A stretch of 64,000 bases of DNA from an uncultured Bacilli bacterium (GTDB lineage: Bacteria; Bacillota_I; Bacilli_A; RF39; UBA660): NCBI GenBank assembly GCA_947632355.1, contig CANROY010000001.1:2040-66039 (forward strand), read 5' to 3'. Below are positions 29,209-37,259 of this stretch, piece after piece. Within the stretch, counting starts at the first letter, position 1. Each line of letters starts with the position of its first letter. The notes below the pieces were generated by a model. It was not told the DNA's origin. It worked only from the letters and a program-made list of their open reading frames with translations, and made no database searches. Both the position numbers and the translations under genes were made by a program.

Positions 29209-29541
29209 TTAATTTTGTTTATGTAATATTTCACTATGACTACCTGTATTAATTAATAAGAGTATTATTTCATCATCTAAATACTTGTATATTAGTAACC
29301 AATCAGGTTCTATATGGCAATCTCGACAATCTTTAAATCGTTTATCATTATATAAAGAATGGTCTTTGTATTTTGCATCAAGCAATTCTTTATTCGCTAA
29401 TTTTTCAATAACTAGTTTTAATTTATTTATATCTTTCCCCTGTTTCAATATTTTTTTATAATTCTTTTTAAAATCATTTGAATACTTAATTTTATATTTT
29501 GTTTTTAAATCAAAATTAGTCTTCACTATCCAAAGCCTCAA
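29209..29541 (-). CDS. yafQ: Type II toxin YafQ/RelE family (start possibly GTG ~29526)
   Basis: KIKYSNDFKKNYKKILKQGKDINKL..YKDHSL...CRDCHIEPDWLLIYK matches YafQ motifs. Confidence 0.8.
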   Translation of the reverse strand: MRLWIVKTNFDLKTKYKIKYSNDFKKNYKKILKQGKDINKLKLVIEKLANKELLDAKYKDHSLYNDKRFKDCRDCHIEPDWLLIYKYLDDEIILLLINTGSHSEILHKQN

Positions 29542-29836
29542 ATAATTCTTTTATAGTATTATAGCTTTCATATTTTTCAGGGTGTTTTTCCATATTTTTA
29601 AGTTCTTTTGCCATAGCATCTAGTTCTTTTTTTGAAAAATATTTAGAAATATTATTTTCTTCTGGTGAAAGTGCAATTTCAAATGGAATACGCTTTTTCA
29701 TAATAACTTGTTTGATTGTCATATTTATTAATCCACTTAAAGAAACACCCAACTTTTGTAAGATTTTTGTGGCTTGTTCTTTATCTTTTTTATCAATTTG
29801 AACACTAATTATAGTATTAGTACTTGCCATAAACAT
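29516..29836 (-). CDS. dinJ: Type II antitoxin DinJ/RelB family
   Basis: Upstream of and overlapping the yafQ-like toxin; DinJ-like N-terminus TNTIISVQIDKKDKEQATKILQKLGVSLS. Confidence 0.8.
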   Translation of the reverse strand: MFMASTNTIISVQIDKKDKEQATKILQKLGVSLSGLINMTIKQVIMKKRIPFEIALSPEENNISKYFSKKELDAMAKELKNMEKHPEKYESYNTIKELFEALDSED

Positions 29837-30134
29837 ACTTCCTTTCTATATAATAATATCATTAATTCATATACTTTTCAATAATTTTTATATAATATTT
29901 ATATTAATATATGATAATTTATTGCAAATAATACAAAAAATAATGAAATATATAGAAATATATTTAATAAAATATCTAGTAAAATAAAAAATTTATCTTT
30001 ACCTATATAAAGAAATGAATAAAAACATAAATGGTAATGGTTAAAATGCTAATGGCAAACTTTTTTTATTAAAAATAGCATAAAAAAATAAATAGAGTAA
30101 AATCTATTCATCTTGGATTTTAAATATTTTAGTC

Positions 30135-30945
30135 TTAATCTGCAGCAAGAGTAGTATAACCTGAACCTGCAGCAACATCTAATTTAACAGATATATCCTT
30201 ACCACTATCTTTAGATGTTTGATCAGTTTGTGCATTTGGATATTTTACTACTAAATAATATACTTTTGAACTTTCTCCATCTTTAGTATTTAAAGTTCTT
30301 CCACCTAAATTATTTTGTTTAATTTTTGTTTTGGCCTCTTTCAAAGGATCACTAGTTAAAGTACCCTCTTCTTCACTGTACTTAATGCTATTATCAGTAC
30401 TTTGAGTATTTTTGTCAATTTTTTGGCTTTCTTGTCCATTTTTCAAATCTCCATAAGCTATCAATTCACCATTAGCACCTTGAACAGCACTTCATATAGA
30501 TTCTGCATCACAACATTCTCCCGTATTATAAATATCACTAGTATTTCCTTGATCTGCATACCAATAATATATATTTGGTCCAACCGTTTGTTCTTTTAAT
30601 GAACAAGTTGTTATTTTATCAAATCCACCAGCATCTGTTGCAACAGATAAATCACCAATCTTAGATTTTATCATCCATAATTCCCACTCTAAATCAGTAT
30701 TTGTTAAATTGGTATAAGTGATTTTTAAATTAAAAGTTCCTTTATAATCATTTGCATCAGTACGTTCTTGTTTCGAAATTGTAGCTGTTGCTTCATAGAT
30801 TCCTAATCCTCCGGGATAATCTAACATATTTAATACTTCACCTGTACTAGTAAAGTTTAAATTTGCTCCATTCATTTTTTGAGTAGTTGTATTAGCTGAA
30901 CTACTTGCTCCCTCAGTTTGAGTTGATGCTACAAAGTATGCGAAA
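30135..30945 (-). pseudogene. 5'-truncated, promoterless, nonsense-containing mosaic duplicate of the TasA-like gene 32601..33485
   Basis: 30563-30945 is ~99% identical to 33027-33410 but the match stops exactly at the FAYF signal-peptide motif (no signal, start or promoter). In-frame TGA at 30489-30491 (AESI*SAVQG). The 3' half (30135-30560) is only ~70% identical, giving a diverged C-terminal domain. Confidence 0.7.
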
Positions 30946-31058
30946 TTTATAATATTTATTTTGGAAAATAAATTTAAAAAATTTATATTTTATTTTCCTA
31001 CAGGAAAATATATTGACTTTTTTGCAGCTTTATTTTATTATGTAAATGGTGATATTAT

Positions 31059-32258
31059 ATGCTTAAAAGAGAAAATTATCTAGAAAAAATAAGAGAATTT
31101 TATTCATCTGACATTATTAAAGTCATAATTGGTATGAGAAGATGTGGTAAATCCGTATTATTAAAACAAATAATTGAAGAAATAAAAGACAGTGGAATTA
31201 ACAATCAACATATTATATACATAAATTTTGAAGATGTTTCTTATTCTTCAATTCAAGATTATAAAAATTTAAACAATTTTATAAAAGATAAAATAGTAGA
31301 TAACAAAAAATATTACTTGTTTTTTGATGAAATTCAATTTGTAAATGAATGGGAAAAAGCAATTAACTCTTTTAAAGCTACTTTAAACGTTTCTATTTTT
31401 ATAACGGGTTCCAACTCAAAACTATTATCGAGTGAACTTGCAACCCTTCTCTCCGGCAGATATGTAAGTTTTAAAATTAATCCCTTTTCATTCAAAGAAA
31501 TAGTTAAATTAAAAAATTTAACAGATCCAAAAGAAATAGAAGATGCTTTTAATGACTACTTAATGTGGGGTGGTATGCCTCAAAGATTTGAATATCAATC
31601 AGAAGAAGCGAGAAATAATTACTTGATGGATGTTTTCAATTCAATTATATTAAAGGATATAATAAAAAGAAATAATATCTCAAATGTTACATTATTTGAA
31701 AGAGTAATGGAATATTTAGTTACCAATCCATCTCAAACATTTTCTCCTAAAAACATGTTAAATGAGTTTGAAAAGGAAAAAATACCTATATCAACAAAAA
31801 CAGTATATGAATGTTTAGACTATGCATTATCAGCGATGCTATTTTCAAAAGTATCTTTATATGATATAAGAGGGAAAAAGATACTTTCTAGAAAAGACAA
31901 GTATTATTTAACGGATTTAGGATTAGGCCAAATTCTAAATACAAACAAAAAAACTCAATATGGAGCTTATTTAGAGAATATTGTCTATAATGAATTAATT
32001 GTAAGAGGTTATAATGTAAGTATCGGTAATAATAATGGAAAAGAAATTGATTTTGTAGCTACAAAGCATAATCAAAAAGAATATTATCAAGTAACATTTA
32101 CTTTAGCTGAAAAAACCTGTGAAGAAAGAGAATTTGGAGCTTATGAATCTATTAAAGATAACTATCTTAAGTACGTAATTTCAACTGATAAACTTGATTA
32201 TTCTCAAAATGGAATTATTCATAAAAATATAATTGATTGGTTATTAGAAGAAGACTAG
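31059..32258 (+). CDS. AAA+ ATPase with C-terminal DUF4143 domain
   Basis: Walker A GMRRCGKS, Walker B LFFDEIQ; typical ~400-aa ATPase (DUF4143) architecture. Confidence 0.75.
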   Translation: MLKRENYLEKIREFYSSDIIKVIIGMRRCGKSVLLKQIIEEIKDSGINNQHIIYINFEDVSYSSIQDYKNLNNFIKDKIVDNKKYYLFFDEIQFVNEWEKAINSFKATLNVSIFITGSNSKLLSSELATLLSGRYVSFKINPFSFKEIVKLKNLTDPKEIEDAFNDYLMWGGMPQRFEYQSEEARNNYLMDVFNSIILKDIIKRNNISNVTLFERVMEYLVTNPSQTFSPKNMLNEFEKEKIPISTKTVYECLDYALSAMLFSKVSLYDIRGKKILSRKDKYYLTDLGLGQILNTNKKTQYGAYLENIVYNELIVRGYNVSIGNNNGKEIDFVATKHNQKEYYQVTFTLAEKTCEEREFGAYESIKDNYLKYVISTDKLDYSQNGIIHKNIIDWLLEED

Positions 32259-32600
32259 AAATAGTTTTCTTTTTAATTAATATCTTTAATTGCCATTTAA
32301 ATAACAATATAGTGCATTTTTAAATTAAAATGTATTAATGTACCCAAATGAAGCTAAGCATGTTCAAAATTGATAAAAATGGGTAATAAAAGAAAATAGA
32401 AAATAATCTTTTTTATAAAAAAGTGAATAAAAACGCGAAAGGCAATCATCAAAAGATCTAATGATGATTGCCATTTTTCATTATATATATTAATTTTTTT
32501 AAAAATAAAATCAAAACTTATGCATTCTTATTTCTTCATTAAAAAAACTATTGGTTTCTTCCAATAGTTCTCTTCGATTTTAACTTTGTTTTGATTCTTA

Positions 32601-33485
32601 TTAATCTTCAGGTGTATATAATACTGAATTTCCTTCTCCATCAATTTCAAGTTTAACACTAATTGCTTTTCCAGCATCGGTAGATTGGTCATCTTTATTA
32701 TTTGGATATTTTACTACTAAGTAGTATACTTTAGAATCTTCACCTGTAGTAGTATTTAAAGTTCTTCCACCTAATTGATTACTAGTAATTCCCTCTTTTT
32801 CTGACTTTATAGGGTCACTACTATCACTAAGAGTTTCTCCAAACTTAATTCCTGATTCATCTCCATTAGTAGAACTACTAGTAATAGCTTTATCTGTTTG
32901 TCCATGTTTTAAATCTCCATAGGCAATTAATGAACCACTAGCATCTTTAACAGCATTTCTGATTGCTTCCGCATCACAACGTTCTCCTGCATTATAATTA
33001 TCATTTGGATCGCTAGCATCTGCATACCAATAATATGTATTTGGTCCAACAGTTTGTTCTTTTAATGAACAAGTTGTTATTTTATCAAATCCACCAACAT
33101 CTGTTGCAACAGATAAATCACCAATCTTAGATTTTATCATCCATAATTCCCACTCTAAATCAGTATTTGTTAAATTGGTATAAGTGATTTTTAAATTAAA
33201 AGTTCCTTTATAATCATTTGCATCAGTACGTTCTTGTTTCGAAATTGTAGCTGTTGCTTCATAGATTCCTAATCCTCCGGGATAATCTAACATATTTAAT
33301 ACTTCACCTGTACTAGTAAAGTTTAAATTTGCTCCATTCATTTTTTGAGTAGTTGTATTAGCTGAACTACCTGCTCCCTCAGTTTGAGTTGATGCTACAA
33401 AGTATGCAAAGGTTGCTCCTACAACTGATACTAATAAAGTAGCGATTGCTATTACTGTTAGTAATATTGTGTTTCTTTTTTCCAT
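32601..33485 (-). CDS. TasA/camelysin-like secreted protein with SipW-cognate class signal peptide (VVGATFAYF)
   Basis: N-terminal TM plus GATFAYF motif characteristic of SipW-processed proteins; paralogous to 28518..29057 and to the pseudogene copy 30135..30945. Confidence 0.65.
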   Translation of the reverse strand: MEKRNTILLTVIAIATLLVSVVGATFAYFVASTQTEGAGSSANTTTQKMNGANLNFTSTGEVLNMLDYPGGLGIYEATATISKQERTDANDYKGTFNLKITYTNLTNTDLEWELWMIKSKIGDLSVATDVGGFDKITTCSLKEQTVGPNTYYWYADASDPNDNYNAGERCDAEAIRNAVKDASGSLIAYGDLKHGQTDKAITSSSTNGDESGIKFGETLSDSSDPIKSEKEGITSNQLGGRTLNTTTGEDSKVYYLVVKYPNNKDDQSTDAGKAISVKLEIDGEGNSVLYTPED

Positions 33486-33697
33486 AATATTTTATATCCT
33501 CCTTACAATAAAAATCTTATCAAATTAAATGGTTTTATGCAATACCTTTTTTGAATATTTTATGAATTTTATGCTTTTTTACATATTTTTGGTTCTTTTT
33601 CACTCTATACTTTTAAAATTGTGGATGAGTTCTAATTACACATATATTATTTCAATTTGAAGTTTCATTTTAAGGAGCTTCAAAATTTTATTATCAC

Positions 33698-33725
33698 TTT
33701 TTTGGTTCCAATTTTGAACCAAAAA
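33698..33725. repeat. Palindromic element, family B (TTTTTGGTTC-CAATTTT-GAACCAAAAA)
   Basis: Perfect 10-bp arms; member of the 33.7-35.1 kb palindrome array. Confidence 0.7.
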
Positions 33726-33738
33726 TCAATATACTATT

Positions 33739-34614
33739 TTATGACTTTTTACTTTCTATTTTTTCTAACAATGACTCTTTTACAATTTCATCTTCTAATA
33801 AATTGATAGAAAATGTTTTTTCTCCAATATGATTTAAAGAAGTTCCACAATGGTAGATAATTTCTTTATCTAATATAAAATAACGGTCATGGAATGTATT
33901 ATCATAAATTACTTTTAGATTATGATATTGTCGATTATACTTTTCTATATCAAGTTCGTGTAATAAACTGCTTTCTTTTACAATTAACGTTACTTCTATA
34001 TTTAATTCTTTTATATAATCTAATATAGTTTTATCGGCGTAACCATCTATGATTACAAGTTCTTTTTTAGCACTTTTAAAGATATCAACTACTTTTGAAT
34101 AAGCATCATAGATTTGACCATTAAAATAAATTTCATTCGTTTTTTTCTTTTCTTCAAATTTGGAAAATGACTCTTCTAATAAATTTATCCTTTTATTATC
34201 TTCTATGACTAAATTATTAATATATTTTTGTTCTATTAAATTTGTACTTATATATTTTTTCATTGCTACAAAGGCATCCATAATTCTGATACTGACTTCG
34301 GTTGCAATTTTTGATTTTAATATTGTAGCAAGCATAGCAACGCCTTGTTCAGTAAAAACTCTACTATTATATCTTCTACCACCATATTGTTTTAAACTTG
34401 AGGTCGCAATTTACGACCTCAAGTTTTCTTCTTCTATATTATTTAAAATCCAAGAAAATCTTTCAGGAAATTTCTCAATATTTCTATATACTGCTTCATT
34501 AATTCTCTTGGTTTCAACTTGATAAAGCCTTGCTAAATCACTATCGAGCATTACTTGCTTTCCCCTTATTTCATAAATTAAATTTTCTACTTTTTCTTTT
34601 GTTATTTCGTTCAT
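33739..34614 (-). pseudogene. ORF6N-domain (KilA-N-like antirepressor family) gene inactivated by a CAA-to-TAA nonsense mutation at 34411-34413
   Basis: N-terminal IYEIRGKQVMLDSDLARLYQVETKRINEAVYRNIEKFPERF (ORF6N). Same frame continues past the stop (NLRS*IATSSLKQYGGRRYNSRVFTEQGVAMLATIL...) into ORF 33739..34335. Confidence 0.7.
34394..34426. repeat. Palindromic element, family A, inside the ORF6N gene (CTTGAGGTCG-caattta-CGACCTCAAG); encodes NLRS*IATSS
   Basis: 10-bp perfect arms. The C-to-T change that creates the stop is also the only mismatch to a full 13+1+13 palindrome. Confidence 0.75.
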
Positions 34615-34634
34615 AACTACTTATCTCTTTCTAT

Positions 34635-34656
34635 TTTTTGGTCCCAAACTGGAACC
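34635..34656. repeat. Palindromic element, family B, degenerate (TTGGTCCCAAACTGGAACC)
   Basis: One arm mismatch relative to 34822..34851. Confidence 0.5.
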
Positions 34657-34698
34657 TTAGAATTAGATATAATAACTTTCTAATTCCATCAATTGTTT

Positions 34699-34731
34699 CA
34701 ACTTGAAGTCACAAATTGGGACTTCAAGTTT
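34699..34731. repeat. Palindromic element, family A (CTTGAAGTC-acaaattgg-GACTTCAAG)
   Basis: Minus-strand frame reads NLKSQFVTSS followed by a stop. Confidence 0.75.
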
Positions 34732-34760
34732 ACTTATTGCAAATTATATAACGTTACTTA

Positions 34761-34790
34761 CACTTAAGGTCGAAAATTTTGGTCTTAAAG
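34761..34790. repeat. Degenerate A-like element (CTTAAGGTCGAAAATTTTGGTCTTAAAG)
   Basis: Partial arm similarity to family A. Confidence 0.4.
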
Positions 34791-34821
34791 AATTCCATTC
34801 ATAATCTCTACCCACTTTTCT

Positions 34822-34851
34822 ATTTTTTTGGTCCCAGTTTGGGACCAAAAC
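34822..34851. repeat. Palindromic element, family B (TTTTGGTCCCA-gtt-TGGGACCAAAA)
   Basis: Perfect 11-bp arms with T/A-run flanks. Confidence 0.75.
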
Positions 34852-34880
34852 TTATTAGTTTTTAATTTCATCAAACATTT

Positions 34881-34914
34881 CATCTTGAAGTCGCAATTTG
34901 CGACTTCAAGTTTT
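34881..34914. repeat. Palindromic element, family A (CTTGAAGTCGCAA-t-TTGCGACTTCAAG)
   Basis: Perfect 13-bp arms; minus-strand frame reads NLKSQIATSR*. Confidence 0.8.
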
Positions 34915-34928
34915 ATTTTTCTATCTTC

Positions 34929-34959
34929 TTTTTTTTGGTCACAAATTGTGACCAAAAAA
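34929..34959. repeat. Palindromic element, family B (TTTTTTGGTCACAA-a-TTGTGACCAAAAAA)
   Basis: Perfect 14-bp arms; core GTCACAAATTGTGAC. Confidence 0.8.
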
Positions 34960-34974
34960 CAACTATTAGTCTAT

Positions 34975-35001
34975 TTCAAGGTTTCATTTTGAAACCTTGA
35001 A
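34975..35001. repeat. Palindromic element, hybrid/C type (TTCAAGGTTTCA-ttt-TGAAACCTTGAA)
   Basis: Perfect 12-bp arms. Confidence 0.7.
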
Positions 35002-35043
35002 ACTTTGCATTCTTTTTTATAAAGTGAGATGCAAATTTAACAC

Positions 35044-35077
35044 TAACTTGAAGTTCCAATTTGGAACTTCAAGTTTA
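35044..35077. repeat. Palindromic element, family A (CTTGAAGTTCCAA-t-TTGGAACTTCAAG)
   Basis: Perfect 13-bp arms; minus-strand frame reads NLKFQIGTSS*. Confidence 0.8.
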
Positions 35078-35184
35078 CTCTTTGCAATTTCTAAAACATA
35101 ATAATACTTCCTTTCTTAAAGTTGCTATAATAACAAAAAAAGTTTAAATTTTTTGTCGATTTAAGGACATAAAAAAAAGAAGAA

Positions 35185-35853
35185 TTAATCTTCTCTTCGA
35201 CCAAAAATAAGAATTAAACGTATGAGTTCTAAAGCACTTGCTAATACCCCTGCTACATAAGTTCCTGCTGCTGCTTTTAACATAGAAGAAACACCTTCTT
35301 GTTCATCAGTATTTGCTAACTTTAAGGTATCAATTTCTTTTTTAGCACGACGACTGGCATCAATCTCTACAGGAAGGGTTACAAGTTGAAAAATAAGTCC
35401 TGTTCCAACAAGAGTAATGCCAAGCCATATCATTTCAAAAGATTCAGCAAGTAATCCAATAAAAAGAACTAAATAAGAAAAAGTGGTAGCAAAGTGAACA
35501 ACAGGATAAAGGAAACTTCGAAGTCTCATATACGTATAGCCTTCTTTATCTTGTATAGCGTGTCCACATTCGTGAGCAGCAACTGCTAAAGAAGCAATAC
35601 TACTACCGTGGAATACTTCTTTTGATAAACGAACAACTTTTCTTTTTGGGTCATAATGGTCCGTTAAGTTTCCATTTACTTCTACAATATAAATATCTTT
35701 TAAATCATTTTGATCAAGTATTTTTCTTGCTACTTCAAAACCAGTTATTTTTCCTTCATTTTCTATAGTTCGATATTTACTATAACTACTATTCACTATG
35801 AAACTTGCAATAGCAGGAATAATAAGCATTAGTATTAATATAAGTAAATCCAT
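35185..35853 (-). CDS. Zinc metallopeptidase (membrane-associated neutral Zn-protease family, HExxH)
   Basis: AHECGHAIQ HExxH motif; N- and C-terminal TM helices. Confidence 0.75.
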   Translation of the reverse strand: MDLLILILMLIIPAIASFIVNSSYSKYRTIENEGKITGFEVARKILDQNDLKDIYIVEVNGNLTDHYDPKRKVVRLSKEVFHGSSIASLAVAAHECGHAIQDKEGYTYMRLRSFLYPVVHFATTFSYLVLFIGLLAESFEMIWLGITLVGTGLIFQLVTLPVEIDASRRAKKEIDTLKLANTDEQEGVSSMLKAAAGTYVAGVLASALELIRLILIFGRRED

Positions 35854-35862
35854 TTTTTTCTC

Positions 35863-37248
35863 CTATCTAAGGGTATAGGTTGTTCCTTCTCTTGTATCTT
35901 TTAATAGAATACCCATTTCTTCTAATTCATTACGAATAGCATCTGCACGATTGTAATCTTTATTTTCTTTGGCTATTTTTCTTTCTTCTATTTTTTGTTC
36001 AATCCATTCTTTATCTAACTTTTCATTTTCTTCTTTTAGTAAGTCTAAAGAAAATACTTTATCCCAAGAAGTAATTAAAGCTCGTTTGGTTGCATCTGTT
36101 ATATCGCTTTTTAATAAATCATAAAGTAAGGTAAGAGCATTGGAAGTATTTAAATCATCTCCAATACATTCTTTGAATTTTAGATCGTATTCTTGATATT
36201 TAGAAGCATCGACTTCTCCAGTAGATTGTAAAGATTTAATTTTACTTTTTAGTTTTTGATAAGCGTTAGTTGCATTATCTAAAGATTCATAAGTAAAGAC
36301 TAGAACTTTACGATAGGAAGTATTTAAACACATAAAACGATATGCAAGAGGATTATATCCTTTTTCTTGTAATAAAGAAAGGGTTAAGAAGTCTCCTTTT
36401 GATTTACTCATTTTACCACTCGCATCATTTAAATGTTCTCCGTGAATCCAATAATTACACCATTTATGTCCTAAGTAGGCTTCACTTTGGGCAATTTCGT
36501 TCGTATGATGCGGAAATATGTTATCAACACCACCACAATGGATATCTAGGTATTCTCCTAAAAACTTCATACTAATACCAGAACATTCAATATGCCATCC
36601 AGGATACCCTACACCCCAAGGAGAATCCCATTTTAATTCTTGACTATCAAATTTTGACTTTGTAAACCATAAAGCAAAATCGGCTTGATTTTTTTTGGCA
36701 CGATCTTCTTCTACGCCTTCACGGGCTCCTACCACCATATCATCTATTTTATGGTTGGTAAGTTTATAGTAATCCTCTAACTTGGAAGTATCAAAATAAA
36801 CATTACCACCACTTTGATAGGCATAACCAGTATCAATTAATTTGGTAATAATTTTAATGTATTCTAGGATATTATCGGTTGCTTTGGATACAGTATCTGG
36901 CCATTTAATATTTAAAGAAGCAAAATCTTTTTTGAACGCTTCAGTATAAAACTCAGCAATTTCTAATACAGACTTCTTTTCTCTTTTGGCACCACTAAGC
37001 ATCTTATCTTCTCCGGTATCGGAATCACTTGCTAAATGTCCAACATCCGTGATATTCATAACTCTTTTGACAGGGTAACCTAAATAGTTTAAAGACTTTT
37101 CTAAAATATCTTCAAAAATATAAGTCCTTAGATTCCCAATATGAGCATAGTGATAAACCGTTGGTCCACACGTATACATTTTAATGCACGTTTTATCATT
37201 GGGAATAAATTCCTCTACTTCTTTTGTTAATGTATTAAATAGTTTCAT
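35863..37248 (-). CDS. cysS: Cysteine--tRNA ligase
   Basis: HIGH (HYAHIGNLRTY) and KMSKS (KMSKSKGD) motifs intact; Cys-binding ...CGPTVY... Confidence 0.95.
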   Translation of the reverse strand: MKLFNTLTKEVEEFIPNDKTCIKMYTCGPTVYHYAHIGNLRTYIFEDILEKSLNYLGYPVKRVMNITDVGHLASDSDTGEDKMLSGAKREKKSVLEIAEFYTEAFKKDFASLNIKWPDTVSKATDNILEYIKIITKLIDTGYAYQSGGNVYFDTSKLEDYYKLTNHKIDDMVVGAREGVEEDRAKKNQADFALWFTKSKFDSQELKWDSPWGVGYPGWHIECSGISMKFLGEYLDIHCGGVDNIFPHHTNEIAQSEAYLGHKWCNYWIHGEHLNDASGKMSKSKGDFLTLSLLQEKGYNPLAYRFMCLNTSYRKVLVFTYESLDNATNAYQKLKSKIKSLQSTGEVDASKYQEYDLKFKECIGDDLNTSNALTLLYDLLKSDITDATKRALITSWDKVFSLDLLKEENEKLDKEWIEQKIEERKIAKENKDYNRADAIRNELEEMGILLKDTREGTTYTLR

Positions 37249-37259
37249 AAATAAACCTC

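Noticed and set aside
29516-29541. 26-nt overlap between dinJ (end 29516) and yafQ (ORF-track start 29541) as evidence of a frameshifted fusion
   Set aside because: YafQ homology begins ~8 residues downstream; an in-frame GTG at ~29526 gives the usual 4-11-nt antitoxin/toxin overlap, so both genes are intact.
33739-34335. ORF 33739..34335 as an independent gene (RhuM/unknown) separate from 34411..34614
   Set aside because: It lacks its own RBS/promoter and is the in-frame continuation of the ORF6N N-terminal fragment across a single TAA; treated as one pseudogene.
34394-34426. Palindromic element inside the ORF6N gene interpreted as a MITE insertion disrupting the gene
   Set aside because: Reading through the element in frame gives NLRS*IATSSLKQYGGRRY, which aligns co-linearly with the ORF6N family motif (NLRSQ.VTSS.GGRRY). 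The palindrome is native coding sequence with a single C-to-T nonsense change, not an extra insert.
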